Assembly (NCBI GenBank): GCA_965230295.1
Contig: OZ246001.1
Location: 672,001 to 736,000 of the forward strand
Direction: 5' to 3'
DNA: 64,000 bases
DNA from: Marinicella sp.
GTDB taxonomy: Bacteria > Pseudomonadota > Gammaproteobacteria > Xanthomonadales > Marinicellaceae
In this document: piece after piece, positions 11,340 to 21,358 of the stretch
How positions within the stretch are numbered: position 1 is the first letter of the stretch
How the letters are laid out: each line of letters starts with the position of its first letter
Made by a program: the position numbers and the translations under genes
Notes under the pieces: model-generated
The model's database searches: none
The model's input: only the letters and a program-made list of their open reading frames with translations
What the model was told of the DNA's origin: nothing

Positions 11340-12841
11340 ACCGCCACCTGCAACAGTTCTTTGATCACATCCAAGTCGTTGAATGGCATCAATTTACCTT
11401 CCACTTCTTGGGTCGACTCATGACCTTTACCGGCCACCAACACAATATCTCCCGCTTGACTTTGATCAATGGCATACACAATGGCCTGCTGGCGATTATT
11501 GATCACATGCGGTTTACTTTGCATACCAAACTCAATGTCCTCAATGATTTGTCCTGAGGCTTCATAGCGGGGGTTGTCATCGGTCAAAACCACCCTATCA
11601 GCCAATTTTTCAGCAATGGCTCCCATCATGGCACGCTTGCCTTTATCTCTATTACCACCACAACCAAACACACACCACAATTGGTTTTTGGTATGCGCCC
11701 TCAAGGCTTTCAACACCTGCTCCAAGGCATCGGGGGTGTGCGCATAATCAACCACCAAAATCGATTCATTGCTGTGGTTGTCAATGCGATTCATACGACC
11801 TGGAACGGGTTTCAACTGCGACACCACTGGTTCCAACTGATTCAATTCAAAACCCTGGTGGTGCAATGCCGCCACAACAGCCAAGGTGTTGTGGACATTG
11901 AATTCGCCCAACAAAGCCGTAGCAAAAACATATTCTTCATTGTTGGTTCGCAGGTCAAATGCGATTCCAGAAGGTAATAACCTGATGTTATTGGCCAAAT
12001 AATCTGATGCTTTGTTGGTGATGCCATAAGACAATGTAGCCACTTTTCTCAGCGAGTCATCTAACCAATTTTTGCCGATTTCATCATCACCATTGATCAC
12101 ACTGATGCCTGGCTTAAAATCAACAAACAGTTTTAATTTGGCTGCAGCATAGGCCTTCATGGTCTTGTGGTAATCCAAATGGTCACGACTTAAGTTGGTA
12201 AAAATCGCTGTTTGTACTTCAGTGCCTTTGAACCTGTGTTGTTCCAATGCATGAGACGACACTTCGATACAAACTTGTTGGTAACCTGCTGCCAGCATTT
12301 GTGCCATGCTTTTTTGAATGGCCAAGGCCGATGGCGTGGTATTTTGCATGCTGGTCAATTGATCTATACCACCCACACCCAGCGTACCAATGTAACCAGC
12401 TTTAACACCCAATTGCTCCAAAGCATGCATCATCAACCATGCTGTTGAGGTTTTGCCGTTGGTTCCGGTAATGGCTGTGACTGAAAGTTGTCGACTGGGG
12501 TGATCGTAAAAGGCACAGGCCAGATCACCCAACGCATCACTCAAGCCAGGACATTCAATGACAGGGATTTTCAATGGTTTCTGGCGACCCACATAAGCCG
12601 CCCTTTCAGCCTTGGTTGGCTCTGCCAAAACTGCAATGGCGCCAGCTCGCTCTGCTTGATAGGCATAGTCCAGGCCATGTACATTGAATCCTGACAATGC
12701 AATGAACACATCGCCTGGTTGAACTTCGCGACTGTCTAAGCACAAGTCGTTGATCTTTTGTGCCACATCATTGACAGCTGTGTCACTGGCGGATAAGTCC
12801 AAGGCTGTCAACAGCCACTGCATATTTTTAACCTTCAGCAT
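11336..12841 (-). CDS. murE: UDP-MurNAc-dipeptide--meso-DAP ligase
   Basis: TGTNGKTS, EVSSH, VDYAHTPD, DNPR (mDAP-type), AGKGHE; start likely 12841 (ORF open to 12880). Confidence 0.97.
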   Translation of the reverse strand: MLKVKNMQWLLTALDLSASDTAVNDVAQKINDLCLDSREVQPGDVFIALSGFNVHGLDYAYQAERAGAIAVLAEPTKAERAAYVGRQKPLKIPVIECPGLSDALGDLACAFYDHPSRQLSVTAITGTNGKTSTAWLMMHALEQLGVKAGYIGTLGVGGIDQLTSMQNTTPSALAIQKSMAQMLAAGYQQVCIEVSSHALEQHRFKGTEVQTAIFTNLSRDHLDYHKTMKAYAAAKLKLFVDFKPGISVINGDDEIGKNWLDDSLRKVATLSYGITNKASDYLANNIRLLPSGIAFDLRTNNEEYVFATALLGEFNVHNTLAVVAALHHQGFELNQLEPVVSQLKPVPGRMNRIDNHSNESILVVDYAHTPDALEQVLKALRAHTKNQLWCVFGCGGNRDKGKRAMMGAIAEKLADRVVLTDDNPRYEASGQIIEDIEFGMQSKPHVINNRQQAIVYAIDQSQAGDIVLVAGKGHESTQEVEGKLMPFNDLDVIKELLQVAV

Positions 12842-14561
12842 CTGCACCTCCATTGGCAGCGGATTGCGCTGCTCTGACATCGGCCAAAGTCCTGTTCAAT
12901 TGATCTGCAGGGACATTCAACAACCGCAATCCAGTTTTCATGATCTCGGCAAAAACCGGTGCAGCCACCAACCCCCCATAGTAATCTTCACCTTGTGGAT
13001 TGTTGATACTGACAGCCACCACCAAGCGAGGTGAATTGACTGGAGAAAAGCCAACAAATGACGACATGTATTTGTCTGAATACCCGCCTTTTTCAGCGAT
13101 TCTGGCCGTTCCTGTTTTACCGGCCACACTGTAATTTGGAATGAAGGCCTTGTGTCCTTCGTTGTCGTTAACCACATGAGACAACATGTCTGTTAACTGC
13201 GAGGCAATCATCGGATCAATGATGGCTTTGTCTTCATTGATGTTGCCTTTAATGAATGTGGGCGCACGGTACCTGCCCTGATTGGCTATCACGGCATAAG
13301 CGGACGCCAACTGCAATGTAGTCACCGACAAGTTATATCCTCTGGACAAAGCGGCGTGGTCGGCCGTACGCCAACGGTCATGGTGGGGCAAATACCCTGC
13401 TGACTCACCCATAAACCCGCTGCCTGAAGACTGACCAAAACCAAATCGCTGATAGACATCCCACAAATGCTCTTTGCCCAAACCCAGCACCAATTTAGCC
13501 ACCCCAATATTACTGGACTTAACCAAAATATCCACCAGGCTGAGCTCGCCATAATCTCTGAAATCATGGATCACGAACCCATCAACCTCATATTCTCCTG
13601 GTGAAGTGTTAACCACTGAGTCTGGCGTGTATTCCGCGCTCTCTAGCGCAGCAACCACGGCGAAAGGCTTCATCACTGATCCAGGCTCATAGATGTCTGT
13701 AACCGACCGGTTGCGCAAACCTTCATTGGTCTCTTTACTGCCATTGGGGTTAAACGAAGGTTGGTTAACCATGGCCAATATTTCACCGGTTTTCACATCC
13801 AGAATAACCGCAGAACCTGATGTGGCCCGATGTAAATATACGGCTTTTTTCAATGCCAGATAAGCGGCATACTGTAACCGCCGATCTAAACTCAAATGCA
13901 AATCCTTACCAGGCTTGGCAGCCACCAACTCATCCACATCTATGTCTGCAACCACCTGTCCCAACAGGTCTTTAACCACTGTCTTTTTACCTGACGTGCC
14001 TGTTAACCAGTTATCATATGTTCGCTCTAACCCTTCTTGACCCACATCTTCCACGTCGGTAAAACCAACCACATTGGCCAGTATTTCACCTGTTGGATAA
14101 TACCGCTTAAACTCTGTTCTGAACTCTACGCCTTTCATATTCAATGCCTTTACTGAATCAGCAAGCATGGGCGTGATGCGCCGTTTGATGAATAAGAACT
14201 GACGGTCTTTTCTGGATGTGATGACCTGTTTCAATTCATCGGCATCCAAATCCAACACCTCGGCCAACTGCTCAACCTTGCTGAATTGATCCAACAGTTG
14301 TCCAGGCACAATACCGACCGATACCATGGCTGTGCTCAAGGCCAAAGGTTCGCCATTGCGGTCATAAATAGAACCCCTTGAAACCGGAATCTCCACTTCA
14401 CGTACATGTCGTTTTTCACCTTGGCTTTGATAGAATTCTGCGCCTTTGATTTGAATTGAAAAGGCCCGAACAACCACCACCACAAAGCAACACAGCAAAA
14501 ATGCCATCACTATGGCAATCCTTAAACTGATGTTAACTTGTTTGTGTTGTGATTTTCTCAT
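12828..14561 (-). CDS. ftsI: PBP3 transpeptidase FtsI
   Basis: RGSIYDRNG, SVMK (SxxK), SSN, KTG motifs. Confidence 0.97.
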   Translation of the reverse strand: MRKSQHKQVNISLRIAIVMAFLLCCFVVVVVRAFSIQIKGAEFYQSQGEKRHVREVEIPVSRGSIYDRNGEPLALSTAMVSVGIVPGQLLDQFSKVEQLAEVLDLDADELKQVITSRKDRQFLFIKRRITPMLADSVKALNMKGVEFRTEFKRYYPTGEILANVVGFTDVEDVGQEGLERTYDNWLTGTSGKKTVVKDLLGQVVADIDVDELVAAKPGKDLHLSLDRRLQYAAYLALKKAVYLHRATSGSAVILDVKTGEILAMVNQPSFNPNGSKETNEGLRNRSVTDIYEPGSVMKPFAVVAALESAEYTPDSVVNTSPGEYEVDGFVIHDFRDYGELSLVDILVKSSNIGVAKLVLGLGKEHLWDVYQRFGFGQSSGSGFMGESAGYLPHHDRWRTADHAALSRGYNLSVTTLQLASAYAVIANQGRYRAPTFIKGNINEDKAIIDPMIASQLTDMLSHVVNDNEGHKAFIPNYSVAGKTGTARIAEKGGYSDKYMSSFVGFSPVNSPRLVVAVSINNPQGEDYYGGLVAAPVFAEIMKTGLRLLNVPADQLNRTLADVRAAQSAANGGADAEG

Positions 14562-14827
14562 CGCACTATGACCAAAACCTGTTCATCTTCTGGCAATTTC
14601 ATGTTCAATTGCTCTCTTGCCACTTGCTCTATGCGGTTATTAGAGACCAGCGTGGACTTTTCAATTTGTAAACGCGCCCATTCGGCGTTCAATTCCAATT
14701 TCTCTTTCTCAATTTGCTGGGTTTCAGCAAACAATTTTCTTGTTTCATTCTGGTTGTACACATAGCTGACCAACACACTGATCAGCAACAACGCCAACAC
14801 CACAGTCAAAACATTGTGCAGGCTCAT
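14558..14827 (-). CDS. ftsL: Cell division protein FtsL
   Basis: TM plus coiled coil, W.RLQIE...RIEQVAREQLNM; between rsmH and ftsI. Confidence 0.93.
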   Translation of the reverse strand: MSLHNVLTVVLALLLISVLVSYVYNQNETRKLFAETQQIEKEKLELNAEWARLQIEKSTLVSNNRIEQVAREQLNMKLPEDEQVLVIVR

Positions 14828-15750
14828 ACTTTTTCGGCCACTCGCATGATGGCACTGCGTGCACGCACATTGTCATCATGGTCTACCGCCTTGGTTGGCT
14901 TACCCACCAATTTCAAAACCGGTTGCTTGGCATCTGCCGGAATGATGGGCATGCGCCTGTCAACTTTTTCCGGCTTAGACAAAGTCCGCATAAATCGTTT
15001 CACCAATCGATCTTCCAATGAGTGAAAACTGATCACCACCAAACGCCCGCCTTGATTCAACAATTCCAGAGCCACAGGCAACACACGTTCGACTTGACCC
15101 AGCTCGTCATTGATGAAAATTCGGATGGCTTGAAACACACGGGTTGCCGGATGTTTCTTTACCTTATAAAAAGGCGGATTGATTTCTTTGACCACATCCA
15201 CCAGATCAAATGTTGTTTTGAATGGTTTATCAGCGCGCACTTCAACAATTTTTCGAGCAATGCGGCCGGCATTTTTTTCTTCGGCATAACGCCAAAAAAC
15301 CCTTTTCATTTCCTCGGCAGAGGCCGAATTGATCCAATCTGCTGCGGTCATGCCTGAGGCATTGTTCATGCGCATATCCAAGGGACCGTCTTGCTGAAAA
15401 CTGAAACCCCGATCAGCTTGATCGATTTGTGGCGAAGAGACACCAAAATCAAACAAAATACCATCGAACTTCACATTCGTCTCAGACAGCTCAGTCAACA
15501 CCTGCTCAAAGCCACCGGAATACACAGAAACTCGAGCATCTTTATGCGCCAATGCATCGGCAACAGCTATGGCCTCCGGATCACAATCCACCACCGTCAA
15601 ACGCCCTGATTCGCCCAATTCAGACAAAATCAACTGACTGTGACCACCACGCCCAAAGGTGGCATCCAAATAGGTTCCGGCATTTTTCACAGTGAGGGCT
15701 TCTACTGCTTGGTTAAGTAGAACGGTTTGGTGCAAAGCTTGTTCCATCAC
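14824..15750 (-). CDS. rsmH: 16S rRNA m4C1402 methyltransferase
   Basis: DATFGRGGHS, GVSSPQ, PLDMRM, SFHSLEDR. Confidence 0.98.
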   Translation of the reverse strand: MMEQALHQTVLLNQAVEALTVKNAGTYLDATFGRGGHSQLILSELGESGRLTVVDCDPEAIAVADALAHKDARVSVYSGGFEQVLTELSETNVKFDGILFDFGVSSPQIDQADRGFSFQQDGPLDMRMNNASGMTAADWINSASAEEMKRVFWRYAEEKNAGRIARKIVEVRADKPFKTTFDLVDVVKEINPPFYKVKKHPATRVFQAIRIFINDELGQVERVLPVALELLNQGGRLVVISFHSLEDRLVKRFMRTLSKPEKVDRRMPIIPADAKQPVLKLVGKPTKAVDHDDNVRARSAIMRVAEKV

Positions 15751-16196
15751 AACACCAGGGATTTCATGGCATCAGACACTTCGCCATTCATGGCCGGCAC
15801 CTGATGTCTGGTTTTCTGCAAGGCGTCTTCGTTCCAAATTTCAAACTTACCGCCCAAGCCCAACATCACCACGCGTTTTTCCATGGAAGCCACCTGTCGC
15901 AATGTGATGGGCAATAAAATTCTGGATCCTTTGTCCGGTACCACATGATAAGCACTACCCACCAAGCGGCGTTGCAATGCGCGGTGCATCGGATCAAAAG
16001 TGGACAGCGACATCACTGAATCACGAACTTTTTCCCATTCATGTTCAGGGTACAGCCACAAAGAGTCATTTTCATAGGCATTATAAGTCAGCACCAAACG
16101 GTTTTCGCAGACGTCAGCAATCGGTTGTCGATACATAGAAGGTATCGCCAATCGACCTTTAACGTCTAAATTCAATGCCACTTCACCGTAAAACAC
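15747..16196 (-). CDS. mraZ: Transcriptional repressor MraZ
   Basis: LDVKGRLAIP and EIW motifs; first dcw gene; likely GTG start at 16196. Confidence 0.93.
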   Translation of the reverse strand: MFYGEVALNLDVKGRLAIPSMYRQPIADVCENRLVLTYNAYENDSLWLYPEHEWEKVRDSVMSLSTFDPMHRALQRRLVGSAYHVVPDKGSRILLPITLRQVASMEKRVVMLGLGGKFEIWNEDALQKTRHQVPAMNGEVSDAMKSLVL

Positions 16197-16243
16197 TACA
16201 AAATCCCACAAAAATACTACTTAACTCCACAATTATGCACTTT
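16195..16243 (-). promoter_or_regulatory. MraZ-binding direct repeats
   Basis: Minus strand GTGCA-GTGGA-GTAGT-GTGGG-GTAGT at 10-11 bp periodicity just upstream of mraZ. Confidence 0.65.
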
Positions 16244-16292
16244 ATGACTAAACACAGGCTAAGTCAAGCCAGAAATAGAAAAATATGAATAG

Positions 16293-16346
16293 AATCAATG
16301 ACTTATAAGATATTTTACATTAAATAAACGCTGTAAGTTATTGATT
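16293..16346. promoter_or_regulatory. Two inverted IHF consensus sites upstream of mraZ
   Basis: AATCAATGACTTA (16293-16305, +) and AATCAATAACTTA (16334-16346, -) match WATCAANNNNTTR. Confidence 0.55.
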
Positions 16347-16547
16347 TGTATGGAATGGTTAATGTTTAACCAATGTCATCATAGGCAGAAATACCACCCA
16401 AATCACTCCATAAAGCAGAACTTTTGTGTTGTTAGCACCACCGGTGGTGAAACGTGGGGGAATTATACTTAAAACCATGACTTGAGCCACCTGACAATGC
16501 CATGTAATTATGGTAGTTTGATTATAAGAAACCAAAGGATTGCAACA

Positions 16548-16937
16548 ATGAAATGCCCCCATGATCAAACCCATTTAAAACTGATGGCCAACAGCGCCTC
16601 ATTGTCTCACCGTTGTCCATCATGCTTCGGATTCTTTTTATCTGGCAAAGCTGTACAAGCCTTTAAACACAACCACGAATCTGACATTCTGGATCTACTG
16701 GCCACCACAGCACCGCAAGCAGAATCAGCAACAATTTGTCCAAGCTGTACTCAATCTATGGAATTAAAACATATAGATGACATTGAACTTGATTGCTGCA
16801 CCCATTGTGGTGGCATTTGGTTTGATCCCACAGAACTAGAAAACCTTGTTGACCGACATGGCCACTCACCCAGAAACCACAATGAAACAATAGCTTCTGC
16901 ATTATTAGACTTCTTGGGAGCCCTTATCCCATTCTGA
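16548..16937 (+). CDS. Double Zn-ribbon (zf-TFIIB-like) protein
   Basis: MKCP..., CPSC.G.FL, CPSC..., CTHCGGIWFD..ELE. Confidence 0.75.
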   Translation: MKCPHDQTHLKLMANSASLSHRCPSCFGFFLSGKAVQAFKHNHESDILDLLATTAPQAESATICPSCTQSMELKHIDDIELDCCTHCGGIWFDPTELENLVDRHGHSPRNHNETIASALLDFLGALIPF

Positions 16938-17057
16938 TCGCGCTTTCATCATTGAGCGCTCAAACGCAACACCCAACAGCCCGCACTGAATAAAGTCATT
17001 CGATGGCTCGATCAAATAACTTAAGTTACAATAACATCAGTTTTCACCTTAAAACAC

Positions 17058-18923
17058 ATGGACTTAAAGGTCATTCAATTTACTTTCATTGCCATTCTAT
17101 TGGTCAGCATATCTGACCTCAACGCCCAAGACATCCCTGAACCATACCAACAACTGGACCAACTCATCAGCAGCGACCCCCAGGCGGCGTTACAACAATT
17201 GGTTGCCATAGAAATCGATGAAGCCGATCCCACTGAGACTGCCATTCACCATTACACCTTAAGCCGGGCTTATATCAGCTTGGTCTACCCTGACAAAGCA
17301 CTGGAAGCGGCCAATCTGGCCATGTCCCTGTTGCCAGAAGATCGCCCTGAAAAATTGTATTACCGCATCTTGATGACCCAAACCCAAGCCATGGAAATCA
17401 GCGGTCTGGCTGCAGAGGCGCTACCCATGGCCAAACAAGCCGTTACCTGGACTGAACGAGCCGGCGATATGGAAATGCTGATAGATGCCCTGATAGGCTT
17501 GGGCTACATTGAAAACAGCTTAGGCAATTCTGTTGGGGCATTAAGCGCTTTTTTGCAAGCCTACAACACAGCCCCTGATTCCGGTATCAGTAATTCCAAA
17601 AGTGCAGTGGCCAGCAGTGTTGCTTTGGTGTACGAATACCGCAAAGAATTTGACTTGGCCATCCCTTATTTTCAAGAATCAGTGGACCACCAACGCCAAC
17701 AGAATAACTTATTGGAGCTGTCAATTTCGCTGTATGGCTTGGGCCGAGCCAACAAAAACATTGGGAAACTCGAACTGGGGCATTCCCAACTGCAAGAATC
17801 ATTAGATATCTCAAGGCAGATTGGTGACCACCAGGGTGTTGCCTATGCATTGAAAGAAATGGTGCCCATAGCCATCAATGCCAATGAGTTAGGTTCCGCT
17901 GAAGACATGTTAAATGAAGCCATTGCACTGTTTGAACAAAGCCAAAATCACTACATGCTGTTGGATGTTTATAAGACCATGGCCGTCTTGCAGCTGAAAA
18001 AAGGCCATTCAGACACCGCTCAAGCCAACCTGAACCTGGCCAGAGAGCATGTTAACCAAACGCGGATGCCTAGCCAGTCTCTTGCTCTGGATGAAGTAGA
18101 AACCATGATCATGGCCGCCCGAGGAGAACATGCCAACGCCTACAACAAGCTGACCGAGGTGATGCACAAAAAACAAAAGCTGCTTTCTGGCCAAAGTACA
18201 CGCCAACTGCATGAACTCAGAACCCAGGCAGAACTGGAAAGCAAAGAACAGGCCAATTTATTATTGAGTCAGGAAAACGAGAACCAGAAACTATTGTTGA
18301 AACAAGAAGAGCAGCAAAACCAGATTCTATTGATCAGCTTGCTCACCGCTTTGTTGATAGCCATCATTCTGATCATGGCTGCTTTGCAAAACCGAAAACA
18401 AAAAAGAAAATTATTCCAACTGGCAAACTTTGACCCATTAACCCAGTTACCCAATCGTGCTCACACATTAGATAAATTAAGCACAGAGCAAAGCCTATTG
18501 CATTCAAACGAAGACATGTTGATCGCCATGCTTGACCTTGATCACTTTAAACAAGTCAACGACCAACTGGGCCACGAAGCTGGTGACCAGGTTTTGAAAC
18601 AAATGGGCGAGTTGTGTAGAGAACTGATACACCCTCCTCACTTTGTTGGGCGTTTGGGTGGCGAGGAATTTTTACTGGCATTATTCAACACCAGCCTGAC
18701 TGAGGCTGAAGCCTTGATAGACCAAATGAGGGCAAAATACCAAAGCCTGTTCAAGGATTTACTCAATGATTGCGGAGCAGGCCGGCTGCAGATGGGGTTT
18801 TCTGCAGGCATCACTCAATGCCATCGCAATGACACCCTTAAAACCTGTATCAAAGCAGCTGACATGGCCATGTATGAAGCCAAGAATACCGGCAGAAATC
18901 GAACACTCACCGCTTCACACTGA
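17058..18923 (+). CDS. TPR-containing membrane diguanylate cyclase
   Basis: Signal peptide, helical TPR-like repeats, TM, DPLTQLPNR, DLDHFK.VND..GH..GD, GGEEF, ADMAMYEAK. Confidence 0.9.
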   Translation: MDLKVIQFTFIAILLVSISDLNAQDIPEPYQQLDQLISSDPQAALQQLVAIEIDEADPTETAIHHYTLSRAYISLVYPDKALEAANLAMSLLPEDRPEKLYYRILMTQTQAMEISGLAAEALPMAKQAVTWTERAGDMEMLIDALIGLGYIENSLGNSVGALSAFLQAYNTAPDSGISNSKSAVASSVALVYEYRKEFDLAIPYFQESVDHQRQQNNLLELSISLYGLGRANKNIGKLELGHSQLQESLDISRQIGDHQGVAYALKEMVPIAINANELGSAEDMLNEAIALFEQSQNHYMLLDVYKTMAVLQLKKGHSDTAQANLNLAREHVNQTRMPSQSLALDEVETMIMAARGEHANAYNKLTEVMHKKQKLLSGQSTRQLHELRTQAELESKEQANLLLSQENENQKLLLKQEEQQNQILLISLLTALLIAIILIMAALQNRKQKRKLFQLANFDPLTQLPNRAHTLDKLSTEQSLLHSNEDMLIAMLDLDHFKQVNDQLGHEAGDQVLKQMGELCRELIHPPHFVGRLGGEEFLLALFNTSLTEAEALIDQMRAKYQSLFKDLLNDCGAGRLQMGFSAGITQCHRNDTLKTCIKAADMAMYEAKNTGRNRTLTASH

Positions 18924-18941
18924 GCAAAACTGACTGACAGG

Positions 18942-18971
18942 AAAATCAAGGTGCCCACATAATGAGCACCT
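18942..18971 (-). terminator. Terminator after icd
   Basis: Minus strand AGGTGCTCA-TTATG-TGGGCACCT-TGATTTT. Confidence 0.55.
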
Positions 18972-18984
18972 CAGTATGATTTAA

Positions 18985-21207
18985 TTAAATTGAATCAATG
19001 ATTTTATTGAATGTTTCACTGGGTCGCATCGCTGTTTCAGCCATGGCATCATTGGGTTCAAAATAACCACCAATCTCGACCGGCGAACCTTGTGCGTCAA
19101 TCAATTCCTGCTGAATTTTATCTTCGTTACTTTGCAATTGATCAAAAACAGAACTGAAATTGGCTTTCAATTGGGCATCATCATCCTGACGAGACAGGGC
19201 TTTGGCCCAATACTTAACCAGGTAATACTGCGAACCCCGGTTGTCAATCTCATTGACTTTTCTGGATGGTGCCTTGTTGTGCATCAGATAACGCTGATTG
19301 GCATCATCCAAAGCTTCGGCCAAAACCTTGGCTTGTTGGTTGTTGGTTTTTTCAGCCAAGTCTTCCAAAGAAACTGCCAGTGCCAAAAATTCACCCAAGG
19401 AATCCCAGCGTAAATGCCCCTCTTCAACAAACTGCTGAACGTGCTTGGGCGCCGATCCGCCTGCACCGGTTTCAAACAAACCGCCACCCGCCAATAACGG
19501 TACGATGGACAACATTTTGGCGCTGGTGCCCAGCTCCAAGATCGGAAACAAATCCGTCAGGTAATCTCGCAACACATTGCCAGTCACTGAGATGGTATCC
19601 AGACCAGCAGTGACACGCTCACAGGTGTAACGCATGGCAGCCCGGGGGTTCATCACTTTGATTTCTAAACCATCGGTGTCGTGGTCTTGTAGGTAAGTAT
19701 TGACCTTTTCAATCAAATTGCGGTCATGTGCACGGTTTTCATCCAACCAGAATATCGCGGCTGAGCCTGTGTTTTTGGCCCTGGTCACAGCCAGTTTAAC
19801 CCAGTCACGAATCGGCAAATCTTTGGTTTGACAAGCACGCCAAATGTCACCCACTTCGACATCATGTTGCATCAGGATCTCACCGACTGCATTGACCACT
19901 CGCATCATGCCTGCTTTTGACACTTCAAAAGTTTTGTCGTGTGAACCATACTCTTCAGCTTTTTGTGCCATCAATCCCACATTACAAACATTGCCCATGC
20001 TGACCACATCAAAAGCACCGTTTTCCTGGCAATATTCAATGATTTCCTGGTAAATGCCTGCATAACTGCGATCAGGGATGATGGCCAAAGTATCTTGCAA
20101 CTTACCTTCAGCGTTCCACATTTGGGCAGATGACTTGATGGCGGCAGGCATCGAAGCATCAATGATGACATTGTTAGGCACATGTAAATTAGTGATGCCT
20201 TTGTCGGAGTCAACCATGGCCAAAGCAGGTTGTGATGCATAACAAGCCTCGATATCGGCTTTGATTTCAGCTTGCTTGGCAGCAGGTAAATCTTGTATTT
20301 TGTTATAGACACTGCCAATGCCATTATTGACCTCTACCCCAATTTCCTCAAACAAGTCAGCATGTTTCTTGAACACATCAGCATAGTAGACTTCAACCGC
20401 ATGACCAAACATGATGGGATCAGACACCTTCATCATGGTGGCTTTGAGGTGCAATGAAAGCAACAAATCAGAAGATTTCGCTGATTTGATGGCTTTGTCG
20501 AAGAAGCTTCTTAAAGCAGTGACACTCATGCAAGATGAGTCGATGACTTCATGGGCCTGTAATTGCAAACCTGATTTCATCACCGTAACCTGGCCACTTT
20601 CATCCACATGTTCGATGCGCACTTCGCCAGCGGCTGGCATCACATAAGACTGCTCACTGCCATAAAAATCATTGGCCTCCATATGCGCCACACGGGTTTT
20701 GGAGTCTTTGGCGATGGCACCCAATCGATGTGGGTTTTCCTTGGCATAGGCTTTAACGGCTGCTGCCACTCGGCGATCAGAATTGCCTTCACGCAAGACC
20801 GGGTTTACGGCACTGCCCAATACTTTGGCATACCTGTTTTGAATGTCCTGCTCAGCATCGTTGGCAGATTCTTCAGGGTAATCAGGTAAATCATAACCAT
20901 GGCCTTGTAATTCTTTGATAGCGGCATTCAACTGAGGAATCGAAGCTGAAATATTAGGTAATTTGATGATGTTGGCAGCTGGTGTTTTGGCCAACTCCCC
21001 CAACTCAGAAAGGGCATCTTCAACCCGCTGTTCGGCTTTTAACCGATCTGAAAACTGTGCCAAAATACGGCTGGCCAATGAAATGTCTTTGGTTTCAACC
21101 TCAACACCAGCTTGAGAGGCAAATTTTTGTACGATGGGTAAAAAAGAATAAGTCGCCAAGGCTGGCGCCTCATCTGTGATGGTGTAGATGATGGTCTGTT
21201 TTGTCAT
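18985..21207 (-). CDS. icd: Monomeric NADP-dependent isocitrate dehydrogenase
   Basis: [54 protein letters not shown]; about 740 aa. Confidence 0.97.
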   Translation of the reverse strand: MTKQTIIYTITDEAPALATYSFLPIVQKFASQAGVEVETKDISLASRILAQFSDRLKAEQRVEDALSELGELAKTPAANIIKLPNISASIPQLNAAIKELQGHGYDLPDYPEESANDAEQDIQNRYAKVLGSAVNPVLREGNSDRRVAAAVKAYAKENPHRLGAIAKDSKTRVAHMEANDFYGSEQSYVMPAAGEVRIEHVDESGQVTVMKSGLQLQAHEVIDSSCMSVTALRSFFDKAIKSAKSSDLLLSLHLKATMMKVSDPIMFGHAVEVYYADVFKKHADLFEEIGVEVNNGIGSVYNKIQDLPAAKQAEIKADIEACYASQPALAMVDSDKGITNLHVPNNVIIDASMPAAIKSSAQMWNAEGKLQDTLAIIPDRSYAGIYQEIIEYCQENGAFDVVSMGNVCNVGLMAQKAEEYGSHDKTFEVSKAGMMRVVNAVGEILMQHDVEVGDIWRACQTKDLPIRDWVKLAVTRAKNTGSAAIFWLDENRAHDRNLIEKVNTYLQDHDTDGLEIKVMNPRAAMRYTCERVTAGLDTISVTGNVLRDYLTDLFPILELGTSAKMLSIVPLLAGGGLFETGAGGSAPKHVQQFVEEGHLRWDSLGEFLALAVSLEDLAEKTNNQQAKVLAEALDDANQRYLMHNKAPSRKVNEIDNRGSQYYLVKYWAKALSRQDDDAQLKANFSSVFDQLQSNEDKIQQELIDAQGSPVEIGGYFEPNDAMAETAMRPSETFNKIIDSI

Positions 21208-21358
21208 GTCCGCTCCAGTATTTTTAATATGGCCCATAATCATCCAGACCTGGGTGCCAGAAATTTCGGAGCGGATTATAACAAATCAGACCTGTGAATA
21301 CACGGCATCACTGGAACTATATCCAATAATCTCTACCTTGTTATGTATCAGGCATCAA

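Noticed and set aside
16359-16574. 71-aa minus ORF and CACCACCGGTGGTG palindrome; possible rnpB upstream of mraZ
   Set aside because: No RNase P RNA signature sequences seen, and the ORF is unsupported.
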